From Candidatus Omnitrophota bacterium (lineage in GTDB: Bacteria > Omnitrophota > Gorgyraeia > 2-02-FULL-51-18), in contig CAMDWQ010000008.1 in assembly GCA_945877765.1 (NCBI GenBank), forward strand, positions 13,774 to 77,773: a DNA stretch of 64,000 nucleotides, read 5' to 3'. The position numbers and the translations under genes are program-made. Below the pieces are notes generated by a model. It had not been told where the DNA came from and made no database searches. It worked only from the letters and a program-made list of their open reading frames with translations. Within the stretch, counting starts at the first letter, position 1. Each line of letters begins with the position of its first letter. Of this stretch, positions 38,986-49,068 are shown piece after piece.

Positions 38986-40437
38986 ATGAATTTTGCCGAA
39001 AAAACTATCAACGCATTAGCTGACCTTTATCAAAAAAATTCCTGCACGCAAAAAGAGGTGCTTGAGTCTCTGGCGACAGCGGTGAAATCTAAAGATCGTG
39101 ATTCCCGTCAAATTCACGCCTATATCGCGCCCGAGACGGCCCAACCGCGTCACCGCAAAGCAGATAAATCGTCAAAGCTATGGGGGATTCCTATCGCGGT
39201 GAAGGACAATATTTGTGTGGAGCGCGAGGAAATTACCTGCGCTTCCAAAATTTTGAAAGGTTTTATCTCGCCGTACAACGCGACGGTGATTGATAAACTT
39301 TTAGATGCCGGTGCTGTCATTTATGGTCGTACCAATATGGATGAGTTTGCGTTCGGGTCCAGCTGCGAAACATCCACCTATGGACCAACCAGAAACCCGC
39401 GTGACCCTGAGTGCGTGCCTGGAGGCTCTAGTGGAGGTTCCGCGGCGAGCGTGGCAGATCACACGGCCGTTGCCTCTTTAGGATCGGACACGGGCGGCTC
39501 GATTCGTCAGCCCGCCGCTTTCTGCGGAGTGGTCGGCATGAAACCCACTTATGGGCGCGTGTCGCGCTATGGGTTGATTGCTTTTGCCTCAAGCTTGGAC
39601 CAGATTGGCCCGATTACCAAAGATGTGAGGGATTCGGCATCCCTATTAAGTGTCATTGCCGGTTATGATCCCAAAGATTCAACTTCTGCCGATATTCCGG
39701 TGCCGGATTACACGGCGCTTTTAGGTAAAAGTATCAAAGGGTTCAAAATTGGCATCCCAAAAGAGTATGTTGAAGGGATAGACAACCCCGAGTTGCGCAA
39801 GAAGCTCGTCGAGGAGCCCAAGAAAATTTTTGAAAGCCTCGGGGCATCCGTTGAAACCGTGAGTTTGCCGCACACAAGATATGCGGTGAGCGTTTATTAT
39901 ATTGTTGCTCCCTCCGAGGCCAGCTCCAATCTTGAGCGTTTTGATGGGGTGCGTTTTGGCTATCGCGAGGCTGGCGCTTCCACGCTTCTGGATCTTTATG
40001 AAAAATCTCGCGGCACAGGCTTCGGCGCTGAAGCCAAACGGCGCATTATTTTGGGCACCTATAGTCTTTCTAGCGGCTATTATGACGCGTATTATTTAAA
40101 AGCGATGAAGGTCCGCACTAAAATCAAACAGGATTTTGACCAGGCGTTCAAAAAAGTGGATCTATTGCTGACACCCACAGCCCCTGGCGGCGCATTCAAA
40201 TTGGGCGAAAAATCTAAAAATCCACTGGAGATGTACCTCTCGGATATTTATACGATTTCTGCCAATCTTGCCGGTGTGCCGGCGCTTTCGATTCCCGGGG
40301 GCCTAATCGGCGAAAAAAAAATGCCGCTGGGACTTCAATTAGTGGGGAAGCCTTTTGACGAAGCGACCCTTTATCAAGCGGCCTATGCATTTGAGCAAGC
40401 GACCGATTTTCATCGGCAGTTGGGGAATGTAAAGTGA
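38986..40437 (+). CDS. gatA: Glutamyl-tRNA(Gln) amidotransferase subunit A
   Basis: Amidase signature [11 protein letters not shown]…[12 protein letters not shown]. Confidence 0.95.
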   Translation: MNFAEKTINALADLYQKNSCTQKEVLESLATAVKSKDRDSRQIHAYIAPETAQPRHRKADKSSKLWGIPIAVKDNICVEREEITCASKILKGFISPYNATVIDKLLDAGAVIYGRTNMDEFAFGSSCETSTYGPTRNPRDPECVPGGSSGGSAASVADHTAVASLGSDTGGSIRQPAAFCGVVGMKPTYGRVSRYGLIAFASSLDQIGPITKDVRDSASLLSVIAGYDPKDSTSADIPVPDYTALLGKSIKGFKIGIPKEYVEGIDNPELRKKLVEEPKKIFESLGASVETVSLPHTRYAVSVYYIVAPSEASSNLERFDGVRFGYREAGASTLLDLYEKSRGTGFGAEAKRRIILGTYSLSSGYYDAYYLKAMKVRTKIKQDFDQAFKKVDLLLTPTAPGGAFKLGEKSKNPLEMYLSDIYTISANLAGVPALSIPGGLIGEKKMPLGLQLVGKPFDEATLYQAAYAFEQATDFHRQLGNVK

Positions 40438-41882
40438 GCGCCCAGGTGATCGTCACAATAGGCCTTGAGACTCATGTGCAGCTAAAATCGCGCACAAAAA
40501 TATTTTGTTCCTGTGCTGCGGAATTTGGAAGCACCCCGAATAGTAATGTGTGTCCGGTATGTTTAGGACTCCCTGGGTCTTTGCCGGTACTAAATCGAAA
40601 AGTATTCTCTTTGGGCCTGCGCGCGGTTTTGGCTTTGGGGGGAACCCCGTCTGAAGTCATCAAATTTGACCGGAAAAATTATTTTTACCCCGATCTTCCC
40701 AAAGGTTATCAAATTTCTCAGTTTGATCATCCATTGGGTCGCGGAGGCTTTGTTGAAATTGATACACCAACTGGTGTCAAACAAGTGGTTTTGAATCGCC
40801 TTCATCTTGAAGAGGATGCCGGAAAGCTGATTCACGACAATTCTCCCACGGAAAGCCATGTCGATTTAAACCGCGCTGGTACGCCCTTGGCTGAGATTGT
40901 CACGGAACCTTGTCTGGACAGCTCCGAGGAAGCCTATGAATATCTGACAAACCTCAAAGCCATCTTAAAAACAGCCGGCGTGTCGGACTGCGATATGGAA
41001 AAGGGCCATTTGCGCTGCGACGCCAACGTATCTATCCGAAAAAATGCGGCGGATCCCTTAGGGAAACGCGTCGAAATTAAAAATTTGAATTCATTTAAAG
41101 CCGTCAAGGCAGCCATTGAGTATGAAGTAAAGCGTCAAGCCGAGGCGCTAGAAAAGGGCGAAGTAATGGTGCAAGAAACACGCCTTTGGGACGATACGCG
41201 CCAAAAGACTTTTACCATGCGGTCCAAAGAGGACGCTCATGACTATCGCTATTTCCCGGAGCCGGATTTAGTTCCATTTCATTTAGAAGTAAGTGAAATC
41301 GAAGAAGCAAGGAAATCGTTGCCGACCTTGCCAAGAGCAAGGAAAGAAAATTTAATGGCAAAATATAATCTTTCTGAATATGACGCTAGGCTTATTTGCG
41401 CCGATCAAGAAATCGAGAATTTTTTTGAAGATTGTGTGAAAATTTATAACGATGTCAAGACAATCGCTATTTGGATAAAAGGCTCAGTTTTTGCTTATCG
41501 TGCTGAAAATTCCGATGAATTTAAAAAATTTGGATTATCTAGACTCAAACCACAACTTCTCGTTCAGTTGATAGGACTTGTCGACGCGGGGACTTTAAGT
41601 TTGCAAGTTGCAAAGGAAAAAGTTTTCCCGGAGATCGTGAGAGGATTTTCACCAGCACAGGTTGTTAAAGAAAAAGGTCTGACACAAGTCTCCGACACCG
41701 GCGCTTTGGAGGGGTGGATCGTGGAAGTGATTGCGGCCAACCCCAAAGTGGTCGAGGATTTTAAATCCGGAAAAGAATCGGCGGTGATGTTTCTTGTCGG
41801 GCAGGTGATGAAAAAAAGTCAGGGAAAAGCCAATCCGGGCATGCTGGGTGAACTTATCAAAAAAAAATTAAAAGAAATTTGA
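40434..41882 (+). CDS. gatB: Asp/Glu-tRNA(Asn/Gln) amidotransferase subunit B
   Basis: IGLETHVQL…TKIFCSC… and a C-terminal GatB/YqeY domain. It overlaps the gatA stop by 4 nt. Confidence 0.95.
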   Translation: MSAQVIVTIGLETHVQLKSRTKIFCSCAAEFGSTPNSNVCPVCLGLPGSLPVLNRKVFSLGLRAVLALGGTPSEVIKFDRKNYFYPDLPKGYQISQFDHPLGRGGFVEIDTPTGVKQVVLNRLHLEEDAGKLIHDNSPTESHVDLNRAGTPLAEIVTEPCLDSSEEAYEYLTNLKAILKTAGVSDCDMEKGHLRCDANVSIRKNAADPLGKRVEIKNLNSFKAVKAAIEYEVKRQAEALEKGEVMVQETRLWDDTRQKTFTMRSKEDAHDYRYFPEPDLVPFHLEVSEIEEARKSLPTLPRARKENLMAKYNLSEYDARLICADQEIENFFEDCVKIYNDVKTIAIWIKGSVFAYRAENSDEFKKFGLSRLKPQLLVQLIGLVDAGTLSLQVAKEKVFPEIVRGFSPAQVVKEKGLTQVSDTGALEGWIVEVIAANPKVVEDFKSGKESAVMFLVGQVMKKSQGKANPGMLGELIKKKLKEI

Positions 41883-41908
41883 AAATACTCCGCAACGTCA
41901 CCAACAAC

Positions 41909-41981
41909 GTCATTCCCGAATGTTTTAATCGGGAATCAAACCGATACATGATCCCCGATAAAAAATTTCGGGGATGACATT
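41909..41981 (+). promoter_or_regulatory. Copy 1 of a 73-nt double-hairpin motif
   Basis: gtcATTCCCGAatgttttaaTCGGGAATcaaaccgatacatgATCCCCGAtaaaaaattTCGGGGATgacatt. It lies 27 nt after the gatB stop and ends 3 nt before the deacetylase ATG. It has the same architecture as 56130-56202, but with the two stem sequences exchanged between hairpins. Confidence 0.5.
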
Positions 41982-41984
41982 CTT

Positions 41985-42869
41985 ATGAAATATTTCAAAA
42001 TCGGTTTTTCCGTATTCTTCATACTCCTCATCAGTTTTTTTGTCGTCAAGTCCTGCGTTCACCCCAAAAGAACAATCACCAACCAAGAGACTGCTTCCAC
42101 AGTCCCTTTTTTCTCAAAACTGATGCCGCCGCAAAAACACATCGTGATCGCGCCGCGGGTGATTTCTGGGGACAAGGAAAAGAATCTTGTGTCTTCGACG
42201 CAAGGGCCGCACGTGGCGATTATTCTGGATGACTGGGGGAAAAATTACTCGGTTTTAAAAAATGCCATTGAGATTCACCGGCCTCTGACGCTGGCGGTGC
42301 TTCCCAATCTTATTCATAGCCGCCGAATTGCCGAGGAGGCACATCAAAATGGGTTGGGTGTTATGCTGCACTTACCGATGGAGCCGTTCAACAAGAAAGC
42401 TCCCTTAGAGCCCCGAACAATCAAGACTTCAATGACCGACAGCCAAATCAAGCAGATCGTCGACAATGCTGTTGCGGCCATTCCGCACGTCCAAGGCGTT
42501 AATAACCACATGGGATCGGCTGTGACCAGTGACGCGCGGGTGATGAAGCTTATTTTGGAACGGCTTAAATCAAAAAATCTTTTTTTTGTCGATAGCCATG
42601 TCGTGGCAAAAACTCAAGGAAGTTGGGCTGCCCTCCAGACTGGCATTCGCTTTGCGGAGCGTGATGTTTTTATCGATAATGAAAATGAGCTGGGCGCGAT
42701 TAAGCGGCAGCTGGAAAAGGCAAAGCAAATGGCACTGGCTAGCGGCGAAGCGATTGTCATTGGTCATGACCGTAAACTGACTCTGGAGGCCATCAAAGAG
42801 ATGCTCCCTGAGTTTGACCGCGCCGGAGTGCGCCTGGTGCTGGCCCGGGATGTTGTTAAATCTTCTTAA
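41985..42869 (+). CDS. Divergent polysaccharide deacetylase family protein (YibQ/DUF610-like)
   Basis: N-terminal TM anchor. …HVAIILDDWGKNYSVLKNAIEIHRPLTLAVLPNLIHSRRIAEEAHQNGLGVMLHLPMEP matches the divergent polysaccharide deacetylase family (PF04748). Confidence 0.8.
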   Translation: MKYFKIGFSVFFILLISFFVVKSCVHPKRTITNQETASTVPFFSKLMPPQKHIVIAPRVISGDKEKNLVSSTQGPHVAIILDDWGKNYSVLKNAIEIHRPLTLAVLPNLIHSRRIAEEAHQNGLGVMLHLPMEPFNKKAPLEPRTIKTSMTDSQIKQIVDNAVAAIPHVQGVNNHMGSAVTSDARVMKLILERLKSKNLFFVDSHVVAKTQGSWAALQTGIRFAERDVFIDNENELGAIKRQLEKAKQMALASGEAIVIGHDRKLTLEAIKEMLPEFDRAGVRLVLARDVVKSS

Positions 42870-43910
42870 ATGATTACTCTGGGGATTGAGACCTCTTGTG
42901 ATGAAACTTCTGTGGCACTTGTCCAAGGTGGACGTAAAATTCTTTCTAATATTGTCTATTCAAGCTTACTGGAGCACCGTCCTTACGGAGGGGTGATTCC
43001 TGAGATTGCTTCGAGGTCTCACCTAGAAACCGTTTTACCCTGTCTTCAAGAAGCCCTCAAAAAAGCAAATCGGACGATGGGGGACATTGACCTGGTAGCC
43101 GTGACTCAAGGGCCTGGGCTCTTAGGTTCACTTTTAGTGGGGATAACAGCTGCCAAAACACTTTCGCTGGCTTTGGGAAAACCGCTAGTGGGAGTGGATC
43201 ATGTGATGGCGCATCTCTATTCTGGTTTTCTCATGGAACAAAAATTGGCATTTCCGCTATTGGGGCTGGTCGTCTCGGGGGGCCACACGATGCTGGTTTC
43301 TATGGAAAGCGCACGCCGCTATCAAGTCCTAGGAACGACGTTGGACGATGCGGCCGGAGAAGCGTTTGATAAGGTTGCAAAAATACTGGGGTTGGGGTAT
43401 CCTGGGGGTCCAGAGATTGATCGTCTTGCCAAAGGCCAAGACGCGAAGCGTTTTTTCTTCACCCGGCCGTATTTATCCCATGAATCGTTGGATTTTAGTT
43501 TTAGCGGTATCAAAACAGCTGTTTTCTACACGGTCCAAAGGAATTTCAGCCAGACAAATGCCGGCTTGCCTGGGGCAGGAAATAAAAAGATGACCCTTAA
43601 GGATAAAAAAGCGATTGCCGCGGGTTTTCAGGAAGCGGTTTGCGAAGTACTGGTGAAGAAAAGTCTCAAAGCGGCAAAAATTCACGCTGCCAAGACGCTG
43701 GTTGTCGGCGGCGGAGTCAGCGCCAACAGCCGTCTTAAGCAGCTTTTTTCTACGGCTTCCAAAAAAGAAGGTGTGCGCGTGATATTTCCCTCCCTGGCCT
43801 TAAGCCAGGACAACGCGGCCATGATCGCGGCTTTAGGGACGGCGTTGTACCGTGAGGGTCGGCGGGATTCGCTGGATATGGAAGCTTACCCGGAGTTTAT
43901 AAAATCATAA
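42870..43910 (+). CDS. tsaD: tRNA N6-adenosine threonylcarbamoyltransferase
   Basis: MITLGIETSCDETSVALV…, with HxxxH-type metal ligands (HVMAHLY) and a GGVSAN C-terminal motif. Confidence 0.9.
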   Translation: MITLGIETSCDETSVALVQGGRKILSNIVYSSLLEHRPYGGVIPEIASRSHLETVLPCLQEALKKANRTMGDIDLVAVTQGPGLLGSLLVGITAAKTLSLALGKPLVGVDHVMAHLYSGFLMEQKLAFPLLGLVVSGGHTMLVSMESARRYQVLGTTLDDAAGEAFDKVAKILGLGYPGGPEIDRLAKGQDAKRFFFTRPYLSHESLDFSFSGIKTAVFYTVQRNFSQTNAGLPGAGNKKMTLKDKKAIAAGFQEAVCEVLVKKSLKAAKIHAAKTLVVGGGVSANSRLKQLFSTASKKEGVRVIFPSLALSQDNAAMIAALGTALYREGRRDSLDMEAYPEFIKS

Positions 43911-44278
43911 TGGAAATTAAAAAAGAAGAATACAAAGAATACTTAAGCGAGGATTACCTCGGGATCCACGAGGCGGCGGCCCTTCTAGAAATTAGTGAAG
44001 AAGAGCTTTGGGCGCTAATCAAGCGCCACGAAATTCCCACGCACAACGTTGCTGGCGCCTTCACGCGTTTAAAGCGCGAAGAAATGGAAGTGATTAAGAA
44101 CAAATGGAGAATTGAGCGCGAGCTTTTCCCCGCACCTGAAAAATATTTTCCCCATCACGCAACGGTACGAAAAGCGACGCTCTGGGAAAAAGCCGCTGAT
44201 TTCTGGTACTTTAATGATTTTTATATTTTATGTTCAATTTTGATAGCCGCTTTGCTTTATTTTATTTTAGCCTCTTAA
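43910..44278 (+). CDS. Hypothetical HTH (MerR/excisionase-like) protein with a C-terminal hydrophobic segment
   Basis: …LGIHEAAALLEISEEELWALIKRHEIPTH… resembles HTH_17. The C-terminus FWYFNDFYILCSILIAALLYFILAS is a predicted TM helix. No closer assignment was possible. Confidence 0.5.
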   Translation: MEIKKEEYKEYLSEDYLGIHEAAALLEISEEELWALIKRHEIPTHNVAGAFTRLKREEMEVIKNKWRIERELFPAPEKYFPHHATVRKATLWEKAADFWYFNDFYILCSILIAALLYFILAS

Positions 44279-44300
44279 ACAAGGATCGTCCTCCTACCTC

Positions 44301-47027
44301 ATGAAATTTATTCTGCTTGATGGAAATTCATTTTGCTACCGCGCTTTTTATGCGGTGCGGGATTTACGGACCGCCAAAAATGAGCCGACCAACGCCGTTT
44401 TTGGGTTTATCACCATGCTGGATAAGGTGATCAAGGACGTCGATCCGGACGGGGTGGCGGTGACATTTGATATGCGAGGGCCCACGTTTCGACACAAAAA
44501 ATACGAGGATTACAAAATTCAGCGTCCTCCCATGCCCGAGGATCTCGCCGCTCAGATTCCTGTCATCAAAGAAGTGATTGAAGCCATGAATATCCCTATT
44601 TTTCAAATGGAAGGCTATGAAGCCGATGACATTCTTGCGACACTTGCCAAAAAACTCGAAAAGGCGGGGCATGAGACTTACTTGGTAACCGGCGATAAGG
44701 ATATGCTGCAGCTAGTGACCAAAAAAATTAAGGTGCTCAATCCCCAAAAAGATAATTTTATCTACGACGAAGCGGCGGTCAAACAGCGTTTCGGGGTGGG
44801 CCCTAACCGTGTGGTTGAGATCATGGCGCTCATGGGAGATGCCTCAGACAATATTCCCGGAGTGCCTGGTATTGGGGATAAGACGGCGTCGAAGTTGATT
44901 GTGGAATACGGCACGTTGGAAAATGTGTTAAAAAATATTTCAAATATCAAGGGCGATAAGTTAAAAGAAAACCTCCAGACTTATAAAGAGCAAGCGCACC
45001 TTTCGAGGGAATTGGCGACGATTGTGGATGACGTGCCGGTCTTATGGGATATTGAAAAATTAAAACGTCCTCAGCCCAATGTAAAAAAACTGACTGAGCT
45101 TTACCGCCGCCTAGAATTCCGTCTTTTTTTGAAAAATCTTGGCGCCGAAGAAATCAAACACGCCGACGATACGAATCTGCGGTACCACCTTATCGAAAAA
45201 AAGAAAGATTTTGAGGAGCTTAAGAAAAAACTAGCCAAAGAAAAGCGCTGGGCGTTTGATTTTGAGACCACCGGTGTGGACCCTCTGACGGCAGAGCCGG
45301 TAGGGATTTCATTTTCTTTTCGAGACAAGGAAGCCTGGTATGTCGCCTTCTCTCATGGTAAGGGCGACCTTTTTTCAGAGCTGGATACCAACAAACCCGG
45401 CGCGTCGCATAAGAGCGAAATCAGCGCCAAGGAGGCTCTTTTATCCTTACAAGATTTCTTTGAAAATCCAAAGATTCAAAAAGTCGGCCAGAACATCAAA
45501 TATGAAGCGATGATACTAAAGAATTTTGGCATTGAGCTTCAAGGGATTTATTTTGACACCATGGTGGCTTCCTACTGTTTGAACCCAGGAAAACCCAATC
45601 ACAACCTGGACGATATTGCGATGGAGCACCTAAGCGCGCGTATCACCTCGATTAAGGAGCTCATCGGTACCGGCCGCAATCAAATATCCATGGCGGAGGT
45701 AGAAATTGACAAGCTTTTCCGTTACGGCTGCCAGGACTCCGATGTGACGCGGCGCCTTTCTGTTATTTTGGAAGAAAAGCTTCTTGAGCACGATGTCTTG
45801 GAATTATTTGAGAAAATTGAAATGCCGCTGGTGCATGTACTGGCGGATATGGAATACAAAGGGATTGCCATTGACGCAAAACTGCTGGGTGAATTTTCTC
45901 GCGAGATGGAAAAGTCTCTGGCGGCGCTGACCAAAGACATTCATCGGCTGGCGGGCGGGGAATTTAACATCAATTCACCCAAACAGTTGGGAGAAATATT
46001 GTTTGAAAAATTAGCCCTGCCTGTGGTAAAAAAGACAAAGACGGGGGCATCAACGGATGTCGACGTTTTGCAGGAGCTCTCCGAAGTTCATCCTCTTCCC
46101 AAGGAAATTTTAAAATTTAGAGAGCTTTCAAAACTGAAGTCGACTTATGTGGATGCGCTACCGCTTCTGGCCAATCCCAGAGATCACCGGGTGCATACGT
46201 CCTATAACCAGACCGTGACGTCGACAGGGCGATTATCATCTAGTGATCCGAATCTCCAAAATATCCCTATACGAACTGAGGAAGGGCGTAAAATCCGGCG
46301 CGCGTTTGTTGCCGACGGCAAAGACAAAATACTAGTCTCAGCCGATTATTCGCAGATCGAATTACGCGTTTTGGCGCATCTTTCACAGGATGGGAATCTG
46401 ATCAAGGCATTTAGAGAAGGCGCTGATATCCATCGCTACACCGCGGGATTGATTTACAACACTCCCATGAAGGACGTGACGGATTCAATGCGCAGCTCGG
46501 CCAAGACGGTGAATTTTGGGATTTTGTATGGCATGGGTGCTTTTAGTTTGGCTAAGAATCTAGGGATCACCAATGATTCGGCCAAAGATTTTATCAAAGC
46601 TTACTTTGAGCGTTATCCGAAAGTGAAAGTTTATTTGGATGGCACGCTGGAAAAGGCCCGCAAAGATGGTTTTGTTTCAACCTATTTTAAGCGCAGGCGC
46701 TACATTCCTGAGATTTTATCTCATGATGTGAGGATGAAAAGTTTTGCGGAGCGGACCGCCATTAATATGCCGATCCAGGGGACGGCTAGCGATATTATCA
46801 AAATTGCGATGCGTGAAATAGCTTCCCGCACTGAAAAAGAAAAATATGAAGCGCGGATGATTTTGCAGGTGCACGACGAATTGGTATTTGAAGTCCCCAA
46901 AAAAGAACTTAAAGAGCTTGTTTTCATGGTTAAAAAAGAAATGCAGGGTGCCGTTTCCTTTGATGTGCCAATGAGCGTCTCGGTAAAGGCCGGGCCCAAT
47001 TGGCTGGATATGGAGAGCGTCGATTAA
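44301..47027 (+). CDS. polA: DNA polymerase I
   Basis: 908 aa. A 5'-3' exonuclease N-terminus (…GDASDNIPGVPGIGDKTA), a 3'-5' exonuclease domain, and the polymerase motifs RRxAKxxNFGxxYG and QVHDELVFE. Confidence 0.95.
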   Translation: MKFILLDGNSFCYRAFYAVRDLRTAKNEPTNAVFGFITMLDKVIKDVDPDGVAVTFDMRGPTFRHKKYEDYKIQRPPMPEDLAAQIPVIKEVIEAMNIPIFQMEGYEADDILATLAKKLEKAGHETYLVTGDKDMLQLVTKKIKVLNPQKDNFIYDEAAVKQRFGVGPNRVVEIMALMGDASDNIPGVPGIGDKTASKLIVEYGTLENVLKNISNIKGDKLKENLQTYKEQAHLSRELATIVDDVPVLWDIEKLKRPQPNVKKLTELYRRLEFRLFLKNLGAEEIKHADDTNLRYHLIEKKKDFEELKKKLAKEKRWAFDFETTGVDPLTAEPVGISFSFRDKEAWYVAFSHGKGDLFSELDTNKPGASHKSEISAKEALLSLQDFFENPKIQKVGQNIKYEAMILKNFGIELQGIYFDTMVASYCLNPGKPNHNLDDIAMEHLSARITSIKELIGTGRNQISMAEVEIDKLFRYGCQDSDVTRRLSVILEEKLLEHDVLELFEKIEMPLVHVLADMEYKGIAIDAKLLGEFSREMEKSLAALTKDIHRLAGGEFNINSPKQLGEILFEKLALPVVKKTKTGASTDVDVLQELSEVHPLPKEILKFRELSKLKSTYVDALPLLANPRDHRVHTSYNQTVTSTGRLSSSDPNLQNIPIRTEEGRKIRRAFVADGKDKILVSADYSQIELRVLAHLSQDGNLIKAFREGADIHRYTAGLIYNTPMKDVTDSMRSSAKTVNFGILYGMGAFSLAKNLGITNDSAKDFIKAYFERYPKVKVYLDGTLEKARKDGFVSTYFKRRRYIPEILSHDVRMKSFAERTAINMPIQGTASDIIKIAMREIASRTEKEKYEARMILQVHDELVFEVPKKELKELVFMVKKEMQGAVSFDVPMSVSVKAGPNWLDMESVD

Positions 47028-48390
47028 AGTTCTCTTTTGTTCGGGCGAAGTGGCTCCGTTTGCAAAAACAGGAGGCCTGGCGGATGTCGCAGGGTCACTG
47101 CCTCTGGCTTTGGGCAGGCTCGGGATCGAAGTGATGGTCCTAATGCCCAAATACCGCGGCATTGAGTTTTCAGAAAAAAGATTAAGCGACCATGTTCAGG
47201 TGCATTTTATTGAACACGAACCTTTTTTCAACCGCTCAGGATTGTACGGCCATCAAGACAGTGATTATGCCGATAATTTGGACCGTTTTTCCTATTTTTC
47301 GCGAGAGTGCCTGACAGCCGCTAAGCGGTTGGGATTTAAACCGGATGTGGCCCATGCGCACGACTGGCACGCGTCCCTAATTCCGGTGCTCTTAAAAACA
47401 GAATTCTTGGCAGATGATTTTTTTAAACAGACGAAATCACTTTTAACGATTCACAATCTGGCGTATCAAGGTGTTTTTGCGGCGTCGGAATATAAAAAAA
47501 TAGGTCTTTCTCAAGAGCTTTTTTCCGTAGCGGGTTTTGAATTTTATGGGATGGTGAACCTGCTAAAAGCCGGCCTATTGTTTGCCGACCGCCTCAACAC
47601 GGTGAGCCCCGCTTATGCTAAAGAGATTCAGACGGTAGAATTTGGGTGCGGGCTTGAAGGCGTTTTGCGGCAAAGAAAAAATAAACTTTCGGGTATTTTG
47701 AACGGAATCGATACCCAGGCCTGGAACCCGGCAACCGATACGAAGCTGAGCGCCGGTTATTCGGCAGAATCTCTGGCGGGAAAAAAAATCTGTAAAGCGT
47801 CCTTGCAAAAAAAGTACGGTTTGGAGGTGAATCCTCAAATTCCCCTTTTGGCTGTGGTATCCCGTTTAGCGCATCAAAAGGGCTTGGATTTAATCGCGCA
47901 AGCGTTACCGGACTTGATTTCTAGCCCTTTACAGCTGGTGATTTTGGGGGATGGGGACGCGGACTATCGCCGCTTGTTTGAGCGTCTGGGACGAGACTAC
48001 CCGGCCCAAGTGAAGGTGTCGTTGGGTTTTCAGGTGATGGCGGCGCATGAGATCTACGCAGGGGCGGATCTATTTTTAATGCCCTCGCAGTTTGAGCCCT
48101 GTGGGCTGGGCCAACTGATCAGCATGCGCTATGGCACGATTCCGGTGGTGCGCGCGACGGGCGGCCTAAAAGACACCGTCATCGATGCGGACCAAGACCC
48201 TAAAAAGGGAAACGGTTTTTCATTTGATCTTTTTGATTCTAAGAGTTTTCTGTCTGCTGTCAACCGGGCCATGAAAGCGTACCGGGACCAGGAGCGCTGG
48301 AATTTGCTCATGACGTGCGCGATGAAGTGTAATTTTTCTTGGGATGAGAGCGCTAAAAAGTATGAACAATTGTATCGGGAGGCCGTTTAA
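47023..48390 (+). CDS. glgA: Glycogen synthase (ADP-glucose type); start codon uncertain, possibly non-canonical
   Basis: KVLFCSGEVAPFAKTGGLADV and the EPCGL motif mark GT5 GlgA. The conserved first strand KVLFCSGE lies upstream of the first canonical start (GTG 47050). No in-frame ATG, GTG or TTG exists between the upstream stop (46984-86) and 47050. ATT 47023 overlaps the polA stop as ATTAA. Confidence 0.8.
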   Translation: MKVLFCSGEVAPFAKTGGLADVAGSLPLALGRLGIEVMVLMPKYRGIEFSEKRLSDHVQVHFIEHEPFFNRSGLYGHQDSDYADNLDRFSYFSRECLTAAKRLGFKPDVAHAHDWHASLIPVLLKTEFLADDFFKQTKSLLTIHNLAYQGVFAASEYKKIGLSQELFSVAGFEFYGMVNLLKAGLLFADRLNTVSPAYAKEIQTVEFGCGLEGVLRQRKNKLSGILNGIDTQAWNPATDTKLSAGYSAESLAGKKICKASLQKKYGLEVNPQIPLLAVVSRLAHQKGLDLIAQALPDLISSPLQLVILGDGDADYRRLFERLGRDYPAQVKVSLGFQVMAAHEIYAGADLFLMPSQFEPCGLGQLISMRYGTIPVVRATGGLKDTVIDADQDPKKGNGFSFDLFDSKSFLSAVNRAMKAYRDQERWNLLMTCAMKCNFSWDESAKKYEQLYREAV

Positions 48391-49017
48391 TTGATCGTCG
48401 TGGGAATCACAGGTAATTTTAGTTCTGGCAAGAGTGCGGTGACCGGTATATTTAAAAAATTGGGCGCCAAGGTATTTGACGCCGACTTAGCAGCGAAGCA
48501 GGTCGTCCGCAAGGGGACCGGGCTTCACCGAGCAATCATTCAAATTTTTGGTCAGCAGTATCTGGACAAAACCGGTGAGATCGATCGTAAGAAACTGGCA
48601 AAGCGTGTTTTTTCAAATCCGAAGGACTTAAGAAAGCTCAATATCCTGATTCACCCCGAAGTTATTTTCGAAGCGATGAAAATGAAAAAAAAACTTCAGA
48701 GCAAGAAAGGCATCTTAGTATTTGATGTGCCCCTTTTGTACGAGACAAAGATGGAGCGTCTTGCCAATAAGGTGATTGTGGTGAATGCCTCCCAAGGAAC
48801 CATGATTTCTCGTGCGGCCAAAAAAGGGGTGGGTCCAGCGCTTTCCAAAAAAATTCTTGCCACACAATGGCCGCCTGAAAAAAAAGCAAACCGGGCTGAT
48901 TTTGTTATCGAGAACAACGGTAATTTGAAGGATTTAGACCAACGAGCCCGTCAGATTTTTAAACAGATTCAAGAGGAGGCCGCCGCGGATAATCTTTTAA
49001 AAAAGAAATTAACTTAA
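48391..49017 (+). CDS. coaE: Dephospho-CoA kinase
   Basis: MIVVGITGNFSSGKSAV…FDADL is the CoaE P-loop signature. The TTG start sits 1 nt after the glgA stop. Confidence 0.85.
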   Translation: MIVVGITGNFSSGKSAVTGIFKKLGAKVFDADLAAKQVVRKGTGLHRAIIQIFGQQYLDKTGEIDRKKLAKRVFSNPKDLRKLNILIHPEVIFEAMKMKKKLQSKKGILVFDVPLLYETKMERLANKVIVVNASQGTMISRAAKKGVGPALSKKILATQWPPEKKANRADFVIENNGNLKDLDQRARQIFKQIQEEAAADNLLKKKLT

Positions 49018-49068
49018 GCCACTAAATTTAAAAACTAAAGCAATTTTAACAGGAGGAAATACCCAACA

